Part shown: positions 10,009 through 20,200 of the stretch, in pieces | Layout: each line of letters starts with the position of its first letter | Numbering within the stretch: position 1 is the stretch's first letter | DNA from: Candidatus Latescibacterota bacterium | GTDB taxonomy: Bacteria; Latescibacterota; UBA2968 | DNA length: 64,000 nt | NCBI GenBank assembly: GCA_965205975.1 | Contig: OZ242195.1 | Span: 5,408,001 to 5,472,000 of the forward strand | Direction: 5' to 3' | Program-made: the position numbers and the translations under genes | The notes under the pieces: model-generated | What the model saw: only the letters and a program-made list of their open reading frames with translations | Databases searched by the model: none | What the model was told of the DNA's origin: nothing

Positions 10009-11487
10009 TCAGTCTCTTGAATATCCGGGGATATTGTAGAGAGGAACTGCCCATCCCGCATCCTGAATTAACAAATTTGCATCCACGCTTTTGGGTTCAG
10101 AAATCGCGCCAAAGTCTTTCCATTGGTTGCCATCCAGGGGGTCGGTATAGCTTTCGTTTTGGAAAAAGCCAATTAGATTTTCGCGCATTGTTTTTATTTC
10201 TGAGGCGTACAAAATATTGTACGCACAGTTGCGCGTTTCCGCTGCATCTGTGCGGTGATCAAGCAGGTATTCCTTCTGGTCGCCCGCCGAATATATATAT
10301 TTCAAATTGCCGTTATAGGCCATGTACATGCCGCGTTGTCCGCGCTGAATCTGACCGTAAATCATTCGTTCACGCCCATTGCCGACGAGATCGGCCATGT
10401 CCAGGCCGTCTAAATCTGCTTTGTGATCGGAAATACCTGCTGCGCCCAAAAATGTGGGGATCAGGTCCATTAATCCACACGGTGTTTCTTCTACGGCACC
10501 GCGAGGGAAGCGCTCGGGATATCGCACCAGCATGGGCACTCGGGCTGCTGCATCGAGAAAGCTGCGTTTGCCAAAACAGTTGTAATCCCCCAATAGTTCA
10601 CCGTGATCCGATGACCAGGCAATAAGGGTGTTGTCCAGTTCGCCCTGTTGTTCGAGTTCGTCAATGATTCGGCCCACGCTGTAGTCGATGAACGATATAC
10701 ACGCCCAGTAATACCCGCGCATGACCTGTAACATGCGATTATCCAATCCCGCATCGCGGTACTTGTACCGGTTCTGATGGCGGTTGAAATGCGTCCACAG
10801 GTCTTCCATGTTATCGGGGCGTTTGGGAAAGGGCATCAAGGCACCGCGATAGAGTTTGTTCCAGGGCGTTGGCGGTGAAAAGGGTGGGTGCGGATGGATA
10901 AAACTCGACCAGAGGAAGAACGGTTTGGATGTATCGCGATTTTTCAGAAAGTCAATGCTGCGATCCGCGACCCAGGCTGTTGGATGATGGCGTGCGGGAA
11001 GTTGTGAAATTTGCGGGATATAATACATTTCTCCTCTTGCGCCCATTGGGTCGTGTACATAGTCATAGCCATGGGCATGTAGATATTGTAGATAATCGTT
11101 TGCATCAGTTGCTCCCGAGATTTCTTCCTGTACATCTCGTGCGTGAAACCCCCGCAATCCTGTTCGATCACCGGTAAAGTGCATTTTGCCCGCGCCGTGA
11201 CAGAGGTATCCACCCTGTGCGAGGAGGTCCATCAGAGATGGGCGGTCTGTGGGTTGTGGAAATCCATTGTCAAAGCACCCATTTTTGTGCGGATACTGCC
11301 CGGTGATAAGGGATGCCCGCGCCGATACACAAACGGGCGATGGCGTATATCCCCTGGTAAAATTCACTCCTTCATGACACAATCGATCCATTACTGGCGT
11401 GCGAATATGCGGATTGCCAGCCGCGTGAATGGTGTCCCAGCGTTGCTGGTCGGTAAATACGAATAGAATATTGGGTTGTTTGGACAT
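10009..11487 (-). CDS. Sulfatase (Cys-type, variant CVSAR motif)
   Basis: PNILFVFTDQQR, PSPVCVSARASLITG, GKMH, SDHG; AAGGAG before ATG 11487. Confidence 0.9.
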   Translation of the reverse strand: MSKQPNILFVFTDQQRWDTIHAAGNPHIRTPVMDRLCHEGVNFTRGYTPSPVCVSARASLITGQYPHKNGCFDNGFPQPTDRPSLMDLLAQGGYLCHGAGKMHFTGDRTGLRGFHARDVQEEISGATDANDYLQYLHAHGYDYVHDPMGARGEMYYIPQISQLPARHHPTAWVADRSIDFLKNRDTSKPFFLWSSFIHPHPPFSPPTPWNKLYRGALMPFPKRPDNMEDLWTHFNRHQNRYKYRDAGLDNRMLQVMRGYYWACISFIDYSVGRIIDELEQQGELDNTLIAWSSDHGELLGDYNCFGKRSFLDAAARVPMLVRYPERFPRGAVEETPCGLMDLIPTFLGAAGISDHKADLDGLDMADLVGNGRERMIYGQIQRGQRGMYMAYNGNLKYIYSAGDQKEYLLDHRTDAAETRNCAYNILYASEIKTMRENLIGFFQNESYTDPLDGNQWKDFGAISEPKSVDANLLIQDAGWAVPLYNIPGYSRD

Positions 11488-11506
11488 TCTCAACTCCTTG
11501 GAAAAT

Positions 11507-12787
11507 TTAATAATCTGACGCTTTCATGTAAAAACACAGCCAAAATCCCACCAAAACGGTTGTGGCAGATAGGGCAAACACACCTTGGAGATGTACGAGG
11601 TCTGCGAGTACGCCTCCAAATATGGGATAGAGCGAACCAATGCCCAGCACAGTGTTGGTGATGCCGATATAGGTTGGGCGGCGCTCTGCTGGCGCGATGT
11701 CCAAAAGATAACTTTTGAATCCGATGAAGATGCCTGTTGTCGTTCCGCCTATTAAGAGAAAAATTGGCGAAAAACACGCCGCGATTATCCACTCAGAAGT
11801 CTGTCTTAAGAAACTCGCCTGGTTGCTCAAGATCAATGCCATACACGGAATTAAAGCCACGCCCAGCACGGCGAACAAGACCACGCGGTGGTTTCCGTAG
11901 TTGAGAGAGAGTCTTCCCCATATCACATTAAAAATAGCTGCGCCTATGGTTTGTATGGCTAAAAAGAAGCCGACTGTGCTTTCCGAGATGTAAAATGTCT
12001 CCTGGGCGAGTACTACGTAAAATGGAAGTGAGAATCCGATGCCCGATGCCAGCATTTGAACCAGTAGAAACCGAGCAAAATTGTGATCGCGACGCAACAA
12101 TAGGGGGATACCGCGAATTACCTGAATGGCATTGCGGTGGGTCGTGCCCATATCACCCTCTGGCTCTCGAACCAGACAAAAACACCCGATGCCCAGGCTC
12201 ATCATTCCGGCGCCCAGCGCGAAGATCATGACGTAATTTACCGGAAAGTCATAACCGTTCTCCGAGTCGAGAAAATACTTGACCAATATGCCTGCGAGAA
12301 TGCTCAATATGCCGCCGAGAAATGAACGGGATGCGTAAAACAATCCCGTGTGTGACCTCGGCAGAGATCTGCCCACGATATCTGTATAGGCATTGCCCGC
12401 GGGGCCTCCAAAAAGAGAAGCAATGCCATATAGAATGAGAAAACTGCTCAATACCAGACTGGGCCGTTCGAGTCCGTACCACGCAAGCAGTAGCACGGTG
12501 GTCCAGATCAGCGACATACGCATGAGGTTGGCCTGCCTGTAAACAGGTAGCCGACGCGCACGCCGCTCCAGATATCCCGCTACGAACAATTGGGGCAAAT
12601 GCCAACCTGCGCGGTGTAGAGAAGAGGCCAGACCGACCAGCGTATCTGAGGTTGTAAAGTGCCGAATAAAAACGGGTAAGACTGTGGTGGGGTCTAAAAA
12701 CGCCGTGCCAAATGCAAAGATGCCGCCATTTAATGTTCCCACAATAAAGTTGAAGCGCGCATTGCCCTTTTCAGGTAAGAATCCCAA
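11507..12787 (-). CDS. MFS transporter
   Basis: About 12 hydrophobic segments over 426 aa; likely co-transcribed with the sulfatase. Confidence 0.8.
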   Translation of the reverse strand: MGFLPEKGNARFNFIVGTLNGGIFAFGTAFLDPTTVLPVFIRHFTTSDTLVGLASSLHRAGWHLPQLFVAGYLERRARRLPVYRQANLMRMSLIWTTVLLLAWYGLERPSLVLSSFLILYGIASLFGGPAGNAYTDIVGRSLPRSHTGLFYASRSFLGGILSILAGILVKYFLDSENGYDFPVNYVMIFALGAGMMSLGIGCFCLVREPEGDMGTTHRNAIQVIRGIPLLLRRDHNFARFLLVQMLASGIGFSLPFYVVLAQETFYISESTVGFFLAIQTIGAAIFNVIWGRLSLNYGNHRVVLFAVLGVALIPCMALILSNQASFLRQTSEWIIAACFSPIFLLIGGTTTGIFIGFKSYLLDIAPAERRPTYIGITNTVLGIGSLYPIFGGVLADLVHLQGVFALSATTVLVGFWLCFYMKASDY

Positions 12788-12917
12788 GGAATTGTCCCTA
12801 CACCCAATGAACTGCTAAGTAGTTATACGCTGTTCTACAATATAAAGCTTCTTGACAATCGGAAAACTCATTTCTATATCTTGGTTATAGATCAATTTTT
12901 AGTATGAGGAGAATCCT

Positions 12918-13388
12918 ATGTCCAAAATTATTTATCTCGCCAGTCCCTACGGTTTTTCGTCTCAACAGAAACAGAAACTTTTGCCCGAGTTTGTTCAGGT
13001 GCTCGAGTCTCTCGGCGCAGAAGTGTGGGAGCCTTTTGATCGCAATAATCAGATTGATAAGGCACAGCCTGGATGGGCGTATCAAATCGGGCAGGCAGAT
13101 GTGCGCGATGTCAAAGAATCAGACGCGATATTTGCCATTGTCAATGGTACGCCGCCCGATGAAGGTGTGATGGTTGAGCTTGGGATTGCCATTGCTTTGG
13201 GAAAAAAGACATTTCTCTTTCGAGACGATTTTCGCCGCTGTACCGATTCAGAAGACTATGCGCTTAACCTTATGCTTTTTACTGGTCTGCCAGAACACGG
13301 CTGGGAAGATTATTATTACACCTCTTTGGATGAAGTGGCCGATCCGGATAAGGCTCTGGTGCGCTGGCTGAATGGAGCGGTAGATTGA
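12918..13388 (+). CDS. Nucleoside 2-deoxyribosyltransferase-family protein
   Basis: IYLASPYGF and DEGVMVELGIA motifs; TTGACA-17-TATATC promoter at 12852-12880. Confidence 0.88.
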   Translation: MSKIIYLASPYGFSSQQKQKLLPEFVQVLESLGAEVWEPFDRNNQIDKAQPGWAYQIGQADVRDVKESDAIFAIVNGTPPDEGVMVELGIAIALGKKTFLFRDDFRRCTDSEDYALNLMLFTGLPEHGWEDYYYTSLDEVADPDKALVRWLNGAVD

Positions 13389-13404
13389 CGATATGATGTG
13401 TTCT

Positions 13405-13436
13405 AAAAAAAGGGCGACCAAAAGGTCGCCTTTTTT
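13405..13436. terminator. Bidirectional intrinsic terminator
   Basis: A7-GGGCGACC-AAAA-GGTCGCC-T6 between convergent genes. Confidence 0.8.
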
Positions 13437-13453
13437 ATTGTATTTGCTATGTA

Positions 13454-14815
13454 TTACCGCGCGGCCTCTATGGCCTCGGCTTTCATTTTTTCCCTCTCCA
13501 CATCATCCTGCCATCGCGCTTGAATATCTTCGCGCAAACGCCAGAGTGGATCAAAATAAAAGAAAAAAGTATCGGGTTTTACGACGGGACTGATATAAAC
13601 GGCGATTCCAGTTTCCCTGTTGTAATATTCATAGGAGTGCGCGTCTCGTTTTCCGCCACCACCCAATGTATCTACAATAAATGTGGGCATGTTAAACCCG
13701 GATGTGGTGCCGCGTATGGTTTTTTCAATGGCGAGGCCATCGTCGAGCGTTGTGCGCAGGTCTTCAACGCCGCGCACGAGGTCGTGGAAATATACATAAT
13801 AGGGTTGTACGTTTAAGTAGCTCAACCGCTTGACCAGGAGTCTCATCGTCTCGGTGCTGTTATTTACGCCGCTTTGAAGTACTGCCTGGTTGCGTATTGT
13901 TATTCCGCGCGACTGTAGCCGATTAAGCCCATCTTGGGTAATGCCGGTGATTTCAGCGGGGTGATTAAAATGGGTGTGTAGGACGACTTCTTTGTGCATT
14001 TTGCGCCCGCGATCTACCACGCGCGTCAGCGCATCTACCCAGTCATCATCTGTGACGAGTTTTTGCGGCATGACTGCCGGGCCTTTGGTCGCAAAGCGAA
14101 ATCGCCGAATGTGGTCAATATCCAGCAGACGATTGCCCAGTTCTTCGAGTTGATCGGCTTTGAGCTGGTACATGTCGCCGCCGCTGACCACTACGTCTTC
14201 GATTTCGGGACGCGATTGAATATACCCAATCGCATCGTCCCATCGCGCGCGATTGACTCGCAGATTAACTTTTTCCACATCTTCTGTATCCAGCCCCACG
14301 GCATAGCTGCGGGTGCAAAATCGGCAATATACGGGACAGGTGTCGAGTACGAGGAATAACACGCGGTCTGGATAGCGATGTGTCAAGCCAGCAACAGGAG
14401 CATCCCCCAATTCATTGAGCGAATCGAGGTGCAGTTCGGGATGATCGTGTTCTTGCTCGCATCTGAGAGACAAAAATTGTTTGCGAAGCGGATCGCGATA
14501 CGGGTCATCCCAATTGATCAAGCTCGTGATATACGGCGAGATTCGCACGCTCATGGGCGCGTGTTGCAGACCCGCTGCGACTTCCTGATAAAAGTCATTG
14601 GGTACCCGATTCTCAAGTACTCGCATCAATTTGCCCACGCTGGTTATTGAATGGCGCATTTGAAAGATGTGCGAGTGAAAGGTGTGCGCGTCTATGTTTG
14701 CAAAAGCGGGGATATGTCGCCAGAATTCGTCCCGACGCAACTCGCGATGCGCGAGATCCTCGGGGTCAACGGGCGGTTTTGTGCGATGTGAATACGCGGT
14801 TTCGGTAATAGCCAT
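13454..14815 (-). CDS. KamA-family radical SAM protein (lysine 2,3-aminomutase-like)
   Basis: HRYPDRVL, CPVYCRFC, VSGGD, HFNHPAE and GGGGK (PLP Lys); TTGACA-17-TATTAT promoter at 14894-14922. Confidence 0.9.
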   Translation of the reverse strand: MAITETAYSHRTKPPVDPEDLAHRELRRDEFWRHIPAFANIDAHTFHSHIFQMRHSITSVGKLMRVLENRVPNDFYQEVAAGLQHAPMSVRISPYITSLINWDDPYRDPLRKQFLSLRCEQEHDHPELHLDSLNELGDAPVAGLTHRYPDRVLFLVLDTCPVYCRFCTRSYAVGLDTEDVEKVNLRVNRARWDDAIGYIQSRPEIEDVVVSGGDMYQLKADQLEELGNRLLDIDHIRRFRFATKGPAVMPQKLVTDDDWVDALTRVVDRGRKMHKEVVLHTHFNHPAEITGITQDGLNRLQSRGITIRNQAVLQSGVNNSTETMRLLVKRLSYLNVQPYYVYFHDLVRGVEDLRTTLDDGLAIEKTIRGTTSGFNMPTFIVDTLGGGGKRDAHSYEYYNRETGIAVYISPVVKPDTFFFYFDPLWRLREDIQARWQDDVEREKMKAEAIEAAR

Positions 14816-15010
14816 CTTGCTGCCTTTTTAATTAGAATACAGAGTAAGGAGTGGTTTCGCCATACTGCGTGTGTGCCTGTGCGCAAACTATCTATAATAC
14901 ACCCACAGTATATGTCTGTCAAGTCTGGGCGTGGACAAAAACCTTGTCCGACCCGTTTGTTTATTTTACTTTAGAAAATCTGTTGCTATCATTTTGAATG
15001 GAATTTTTTT

Positions 15011-17773
15011 ATGCCAAAGCGCGCGTTTATTATCCTCATTTTGGGTTTTACTGTTTTTGCAGCTTTTGTTGGGCTGAGGCTGCTCTCGGTGATTTATACC
15101 GATTTTCTCTGGTTTTCAGAACTCGGCTTTCAAAACGCTTTTGTCACTATTATACGCACCAAAACCCTCGCCCTTTTCGCATTTGGAAGTGTTTTTGCAC
15201 TGCTCTGCGGTATTAGTATTGTCGCTGCCCGGCGCTATGGACAGCCCACCCGCATCATGGCGCTTGAGGTTATTATCGATGGCGATGTTCCCATACCGCC
15301 AGATCACTCTCTCCGACAGCGCTACGCCTGGATCGGGATTGTTGCGCTGTTGTCCTTTTTTATGGGTGTTGCGGGCACTTCAGCCTGGTCCGTTGTTCTC
15401 AAATACGCCAATCCCACGCCTTTTGATCTGACCGATCCCATATTTGGGTACGACATAGCATTTTATGTTTTTAGTTTGCCGCTGTACAATTTTCTGCAGG
15501 GTTGGCTCATTTCTGCAGTTATTGTGACGGGGATTGCTACAGTTGTTTCCTATCATCAGGATAGAGCGATTCGGTTCGATGACAAGCGCTGGATTACGAC
15601 CCCGTATGTGCGGGCACACGTCTCAATTCTCGGCGCTGTTCTCGCTCTTTTACTCGCGTGGGGGTATTGGCTAAAAAAATACGAATTGCTCTTTTCTTTT
15701 CGCAAAGAAGCTTTTTTTGGCGCGGGTTATACAGACCTCACTATTCAGATTTGGGCTTATTATTTGATGCTTTTGGGGCTTATTGTTCTGGCGGGTTTGC
15801 TCTTTTACAACGTGCGCGTTCGCACATGGACGATTCCCGGATTTGGCGCGGCGGGCTATCTCGGTGCGCTCATTGTCGTGAGTTGGTGCATCCCTGTGGT
15901 CTTTGAACTGGTGGTTGTGCGGCCCAATGAATTTGATAGAGAAAAGCCGTATATACAACATGCTATTAATTATACGCGCAAAGCATATAGTCTGGACAAG
16001 ATTGAGGAAGTACCTTTTCCCGGCGAATCTGATCTCACTGCGGATGATATCGCAGATAATCAGGCTACCATACAAAGTATTCCGCTGTGGGATCGCCGCC
16101 CGCTTATGGATACGTATTCGCAGATTCAGGAAATTCGGTCCTACTACAAATTTCGAAGTGTCGATGTGGATCGGTATCACATTGAGGGAACGTATCGGCA
16201 GGTTATGCTGGCCGCACGCGAACTGGCGAGAAATCCGCGCGATTTACCAGGGGATACATGGGTCAATCGACGTCTTGTGTACACGCATGGATACGGTCTG
16301 GTCATGAGTCCGGCGAATGAGATTGCAGCCGAAGGACTGCCGGGATTTCTGCTCAAAGATATTCCACCGGTTACATCGGACGGCCTCGAAGTTGTTCGTC
16401 CCGAACTCTATTACGGGGAGGATATGCGCGATTATGTTATCGTTCGGACCAATACACCCGAATTTGACTATCCCAAAGGCGATGAGAATATATACACGAC
16501 TTATAAGGGGCGCGGTGGTGTGCCAATGGGCGGATTTTTGACACGCCTTGTATTTGCCATTCGCTTTGTCGATCCATTTATTCTTTTTACCGATGCGATA
16601 ACGCCTCAAAGTCGCATTGTGTTTGACCGGCACATCGGCACTCGCTTTGGCGAAGATGCCCCGCGGCGATTTGACAAAATAGCTCCGTTTCTCCGTTTTG
16701 ACAACGATCCCTATCTCGCTCTGGTTGAAGGTCGCCTGGTCTGGATACAAGATGCCTATACCATCTCCAATATGTTTCCCTATTCGATGCCTTATGGACG
16801 GCCTTATGTGCGAGAGATGAACTATATCCGAAATTCTGTCAAAGTGGTGCTCGACGCGTATAATGGTAGCGTCACTTTTTATGCCTGGGATACGAGCGAC
16901 CCTCTTCTCAAGACCTATATGGCGATTTTCCCGCATCTGTTCAAGTCGGCCGATGAAATCAGTCCCGAACTTCGAGTACACCTGCGGTATCCGATAGATC
17001 TCTTTGATATTCAGGCGTCGCTTTTCAATACGTATCACATGACCACTCCGATTGTGTTCTACAACCGCGAAGATGTGTGGGAGATTCCCACCGAATATTA
17101 TGGGACAGTTGACCGCCCCATTCGCATGCGTCCGTATTATGTGATGGCGCGTTTGCCGGATGAAGACCGCGAAGAATATATTCTTATGCTGCCGGCTACG
17201 CCTTCCAACAAACCCAATATGATCGGTTGGATATTTGCGCGCTGTGACGGGGAAAATTACGGACGACTCGTGGTCTATAAATTGCCCAAGGAAAAGCTCA
17301 TTTACGGGCCGATGCTTATCGAACAACGCATCAATCAAGATACTGATATTTCTCGAGAGATTACGCTATGGGACCAGCGAGGATCAGATGTCATACGCGG
17401 TAATTTGCTGGTTATTCCCATCCGCAATTCGTTCATTTATGTCGAGCCGCTTTATTTGCGCGCGTCCCAACACGGTATGCCAGAACTCAAGCGCGTACTC
17501 GCTATTCACGGCGACCGCCTCGCTATGGGCGAAGATCTCAACGATGCCCTCAACAGGGTTTTTGCCAAAAAAACGGGTACGCGAGTTCGGGATACTAAAA
17601 TTTTGCCAGAAGACCTCAAAGCACTTGCTCGCCAGGCCTATCGGCAATTTGAAGAGGCTCAAAAGCAGTTGCGCGCAGGCGAGTTCTCCGATTATGGACA
17701 AAGCGTTGAGGCACTGCGTCAAACTCTTCGGCGTATGTATGAAAGTGAAGAACAAAATAGACGAGATGAATAG
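15011..17773 (+). CDS. UPF0182-family membrane protein
   Basis: N-terminal TM block; DVDRY, LVYTHGYG, NYIRNSVK, HLRYP and GNLLVIP motifs. Confidence 0.92.
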   Translation: MPKRAFIILILGFTVFAAFVGLRLLSVIYTDFLWFSELGFQNAFVTIIRTKTLALFAFGSVFALLCGISIVAARRYGQPTRIMALEVIIDGDVPIPPDHSLRQRYAWIGIVALLSFFMGVAGTSAWSVVLKYANPTPFDLTDPIFGYDIAFYVFSLPLYNFLQGWLISAVIVTGIATVVSYHQDRAIRFDDKRWITTPYVRAHVSILGAVLALLLAWGYWLKKYELLFSFRKEAFFGAGYTDLTIQIWAYYLMLLGLIVLAGLLFYNVRVRTWTIPGFGAAGYLGALIVVSWCIPVVFELVVVRPNEFDREKPYIQHAINYTRKAYSLDKIEEVPFPGESDLTADDIADNQATIQSIPLWDRRPLMDTYSQIQEIRSYYKFRSVDVDRYHIEGTYRQVMLAARELARNPRDLPGDTWVNRRLVYTHGYGLVMSPANEIAAEGLPGFLLKDIPPVTSDGLEVVRPELYYGEDMRDYVIVRTNTPEFDYPKGDENIYTTYKGRGGVPMGGFLTRLVFAIRFVDPFILFTDAITPQSRIVFDRHIGTRFGEDAPRRFDKIAPFLRFDNDPYLALVEGRLVWIQDAYTISNMFPYSMPYGRPYVREMNYIRNSVKVVLDAYNGSVTFYAWDTSDPLLKTYMAIFPHLFKSADEISPELRVHLRYPIDLFDIQASLFNTYHMTTPIVFYNREDVWEIPTEYYGTVDRPIRMRPYYVMARLPDEDREEYILMLPATPSNKPNMIGWIFARCDGENYGRLVVYKLPKEKLIYGPMLIEQRINQDTDISREITLWDQRGSDVIRGNLLVIPIRNSFIYVEPLYLRASQHGMPELKRVLAIHGDRLAMGEDLNDALNRVFAKKTGTRVRDTKILPEDLKALARQAYRQFEEAQKQLRAGEFSDYGQSVEALRQTLRRMYESEEQNRRDE

Positions 17774-18674
17774 ACAGGTCTCAAAGTGGGCCGATTTACT
17801 CACTGAACAGCGCAATCCCAATAGCACCCACATTGACCGGTGTTCGACGGCGGATGCATTGCGCCTTATCAATGCCGAAGATCAAAAAGTAGCGCGTGCT
17901 GTTGAAGATGTGATAGGTGATGTTGCCAGTGCTGTCGATATCGTGGTATCGGCATTTCAAAAGGGCGGCCGCCTCTTTTATGTCGGTGCGGGAACCAGTG
18001 GTCGCCTCGGCGTTCTCGATGCGTCTGAATGCCCGCCGACCTATGGCGTGTCACCCGATCTCGTGCAAGGTATTATCGCTGGCGGTATTCCCGCTTTGAC
18101 GCATTCACAAGAAGGCGCGGAAGACTATCCTGAAGATGGCGAAGAAGCACTCAAAGATCGCGGCTGTACCTCTGAGGATGTCGTTATGGGTATTGCGGCG
18201 AGTGGGGTTACACCTTTTGTGCTCGGTGCGCTTGAATACGCACAACGCATTGGCGCGAAAGCTTTGTTTTTTACATGTAATCCGGATGTGGCGGAAAAAG
18301 TACGCGCAGATGTTGCGATTATCCCTATTGTAGGGCCAGAAGTCATTGCCGGTTCGACGCGCATGAAAGCGGGCACGGCTACCAAGCTCGTGCTCAATAT
18401 GATTACTACAACGGCTATGATCCGTCTGGGTAAGGTCTATGAAAATCTGATGGTTGACCTCGCGCCGACTTGCGACAAACTCATAGACCGTGCCGAACGC
18501 ATTTTGGGGATCGTATCTGATCTGACGCCTGAAGAGAGTCGCCGGGTACTCGACGATGCAGAGGGTGATCTCAAAACGGCTATTATCATGACAAAACGGG
18601 CTGTCTCTATAGAAACAGCCCGCGATTTACTGCGGCAAAACGACGGCGTTATCAATAAGGTTCTGGTAGATTAA
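17766..18674 (+). CDS. murQ: N-acetylmuramic acid 6-phosphate etherase
   Basis: TEQRNP, GAGTSGRLGVLDASECPPT and GSTRMKAGTATK; ATG 17766 overlaps the upstream stop. Confidence 0.95.
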   Translation: MNRQVSKWADLLTEQRNPNSTHIDRCSTADALRLINAEDQKVARAVEDVIGDVASAVDIVVSAFQKGGRLFYVGAGTSGRLGVLDASECPPTYGVSPDLVQGIIAGGIPALTHSQEGAEDYPEDGEEALKDRGCTSEDVVMGIAASGVTPFVLGALEYAQRIGAKALFFTCNPDVAEKVRADVAIIPIVGPEVIAGSTRMKAGTATKLVLNMITTTAMIRLGKVYENLMVDLAPTCDKLIDRAERILGIVSDLTPEESRRVLDDAEGDLKTAIIMTKRAVSIETARDLLRQNDGVINKVLVD

Positions 18675-20200
18675 GCCTTGTTTTGTTCTCCTTGATAGAA
18701 TGCTTTTACCAGACTGTCGAGAAAGTTTTTGGGCTGGCGCACGGCTTCTGCGGTAATGACAAAAGATTGGTGCCCTAACAGCTTTAGCCCATGCCCGTAA
18801 TCATCGAATAAATCCGGACACACTTCGTCAACTGTTCGATTTTCTTTTGTGGCCTTTTCGGCAAGTGCGCCCAGTGCGTCATCGTCAAAGATGAGTGCGA
18901 TGCCATAAGCGTCCTGGAATCGCTTGACAAACGCGTTTGTGCCCCGCAGGATCAGCAACTGCTGAAGTGCGTGATCGGGATTTTCAATCACATTTTTTGT
19001 GACGTGAAACGAATCGATGTTTGTCGAAGGTAATGATTTTTCAAATTTGAGTAATGTGCGCTCACATACGCTGACCAGACTTCGCGCGCCGGTTTGTTCC
19101 TGGGCTGCCTGTTCGGCCAATAACCTGAGCGCATCGTCATCAAAAGTTAGATCAATGCCATAGGCTTTGAAGTCGCGTTTCTTGCCCAGGATCACCGAAC
19201 TGGTCTGGCTCTGCAAAATCGCGTAGAGATCGTCAACGTTCAAGGGCGTTAAAACTGCTGTTACGGGCAACCGCCCCACAAACTCAGACTCAAAACCGTA
19301 TTCGATCAGGTCTTCTGTTTTGGCGTATTGCAAAAGTTCTGTGCGATCCTGTTCGTGAGACATGTCGCGCCCAGATTGAAACCCGACTTTGCCCAGATTG
19401 AGACGTTTTCGCACGATGTCATTGAGTCCGCTGAATGCACCGCTTACGATAAACAGGATATTGCGCGTGTTAATTTTTTGACGCTCTACTTTGCCACTGC
19501 GCTGAAATTGCATCATGGATTCCATCTGCGATGTGAGGTCGTGCGGTGCTTTGAGATCGACGTCGGTTTCTTCCATGAGTTTGAGCAGGTTGCGCTGAAC
19601 GCCCGTGCGCGATACATCTGGGCCAACCAGATTTGAGGCTGATGCAATTTTGTCTATTTCGTCGATGTACACAATGCCGTATTGCGCCATTTCAATGCTG
19701 CCATCGGCTTCGCGCACGAGTTCTCGAATCAGGTCTTCGACATCGCCACCCACATATCCGGTTTCGCTGAATTTTGTCGCATCGCCCTTGACAAATGGAA
19801 CGCCAATGCGTTGTGCAATCAACTTGATCAAATACGTTTTTCCCACGCCCGTAGGACCAATCAGGAGTATATTGTTTTTGATTTGTCCTACATTTTTGCG
19901 CGAAAATTCCGGGTCTTCGCGGTCGAGTTTCATGCGATTGTAGTGCGTACATATTTTGGTGGCTAATACTTCTTTTGCTTCGGACTGCTGCACCACATAC
20001 TCGTTTAAGTAAGCCTCCAACTCTTCGGGCTTGAGGTCAAAATCTATGGTTTGTTCTGCGGGTTCTTCCACGCGGGGACCTTCCTGCATTCCGTCAGTTT
20101 CCCCTTCGGGAAATACCACCTGATTCCCGTATTTTTCTTCGAGGAAGTTTTTGAGATCTTTTTGCAATTCTGCAGGAGAAAAAGGTCGTTTTTCAGACAT
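18671..20200 (-). CDS. ClpX-like AAA+ ATPase lacking the N-terminal zinc finger, with a C-terminal extension
   Basis: GPTGVGKT, TGYVGGDVE pore loop, IDEIDKI, VGF loop, EFVGRLP; ATG 20200 after GGAG. Confidence 0.88.
   Translation of the reverse strand: MSEKRPFSPAELQKDLKNFLEEKYGNQVVFPEGETDGMQEGPRVEEPAEQTIDFDLKPEELEAYLNEYVVQQSEAKEVLATKICTHYNRMKLDREDPEFSRKNVGQIKNNILLIGPTGVGKTYLIKLIAQRIGVPFVKGDATKFSETGYVGGDVEDLIRELVREADGSIEMAQYGIVYIDEIDKIASASNLVGPDVSRTGVQRNLLKLMEETDVDLKAPHDLTSQMESMMQFQRSGKVERQKINTRNILFIVSGAFSGLNDIVRKRLNLGKVGFQSGRDMSHEQDRTELLQYAKTEDLIEYGFESEFVGRLPVTAVLTPLNVDDLYAILQSQTSSVILGKKRDFKAYGIDLTFDDDALRLLAEQAAQEQTGARSLVSVCERTLLKFEKSLPSTNIDSFHVTKNVIENPDHALQQLLILRGTNAFVKRFQDAYGIALIFDDDALGALAEKATKENRTVDEVCPDLFDDYGHGLKLLGHQSFVITAEAVRQPKNFLDSLVKAFYQGEQNKA

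Noticed and set aside
6419..14815. RiPP cluster made of PqqD plus the radical SAM gene
   Set aside because: The radical SAM protein is KamA-type with no SPASM domain, lies about 6.6 kb away behind unrelated genes, and no precursor peptide is evident
16244..17338. Long antisense ORFs (364 aa here, and others such as 20487-21341)
   Set aside because: They are shadows of well-supported genes on the opposite strand and carry no motifs
17235..17765. Long N-terminal extension of MurQ (479-aa ORF call)
   Set aside because: It lies out of frame within the UPF0182 gene; MurQ-like sequence starts at ATG 17766
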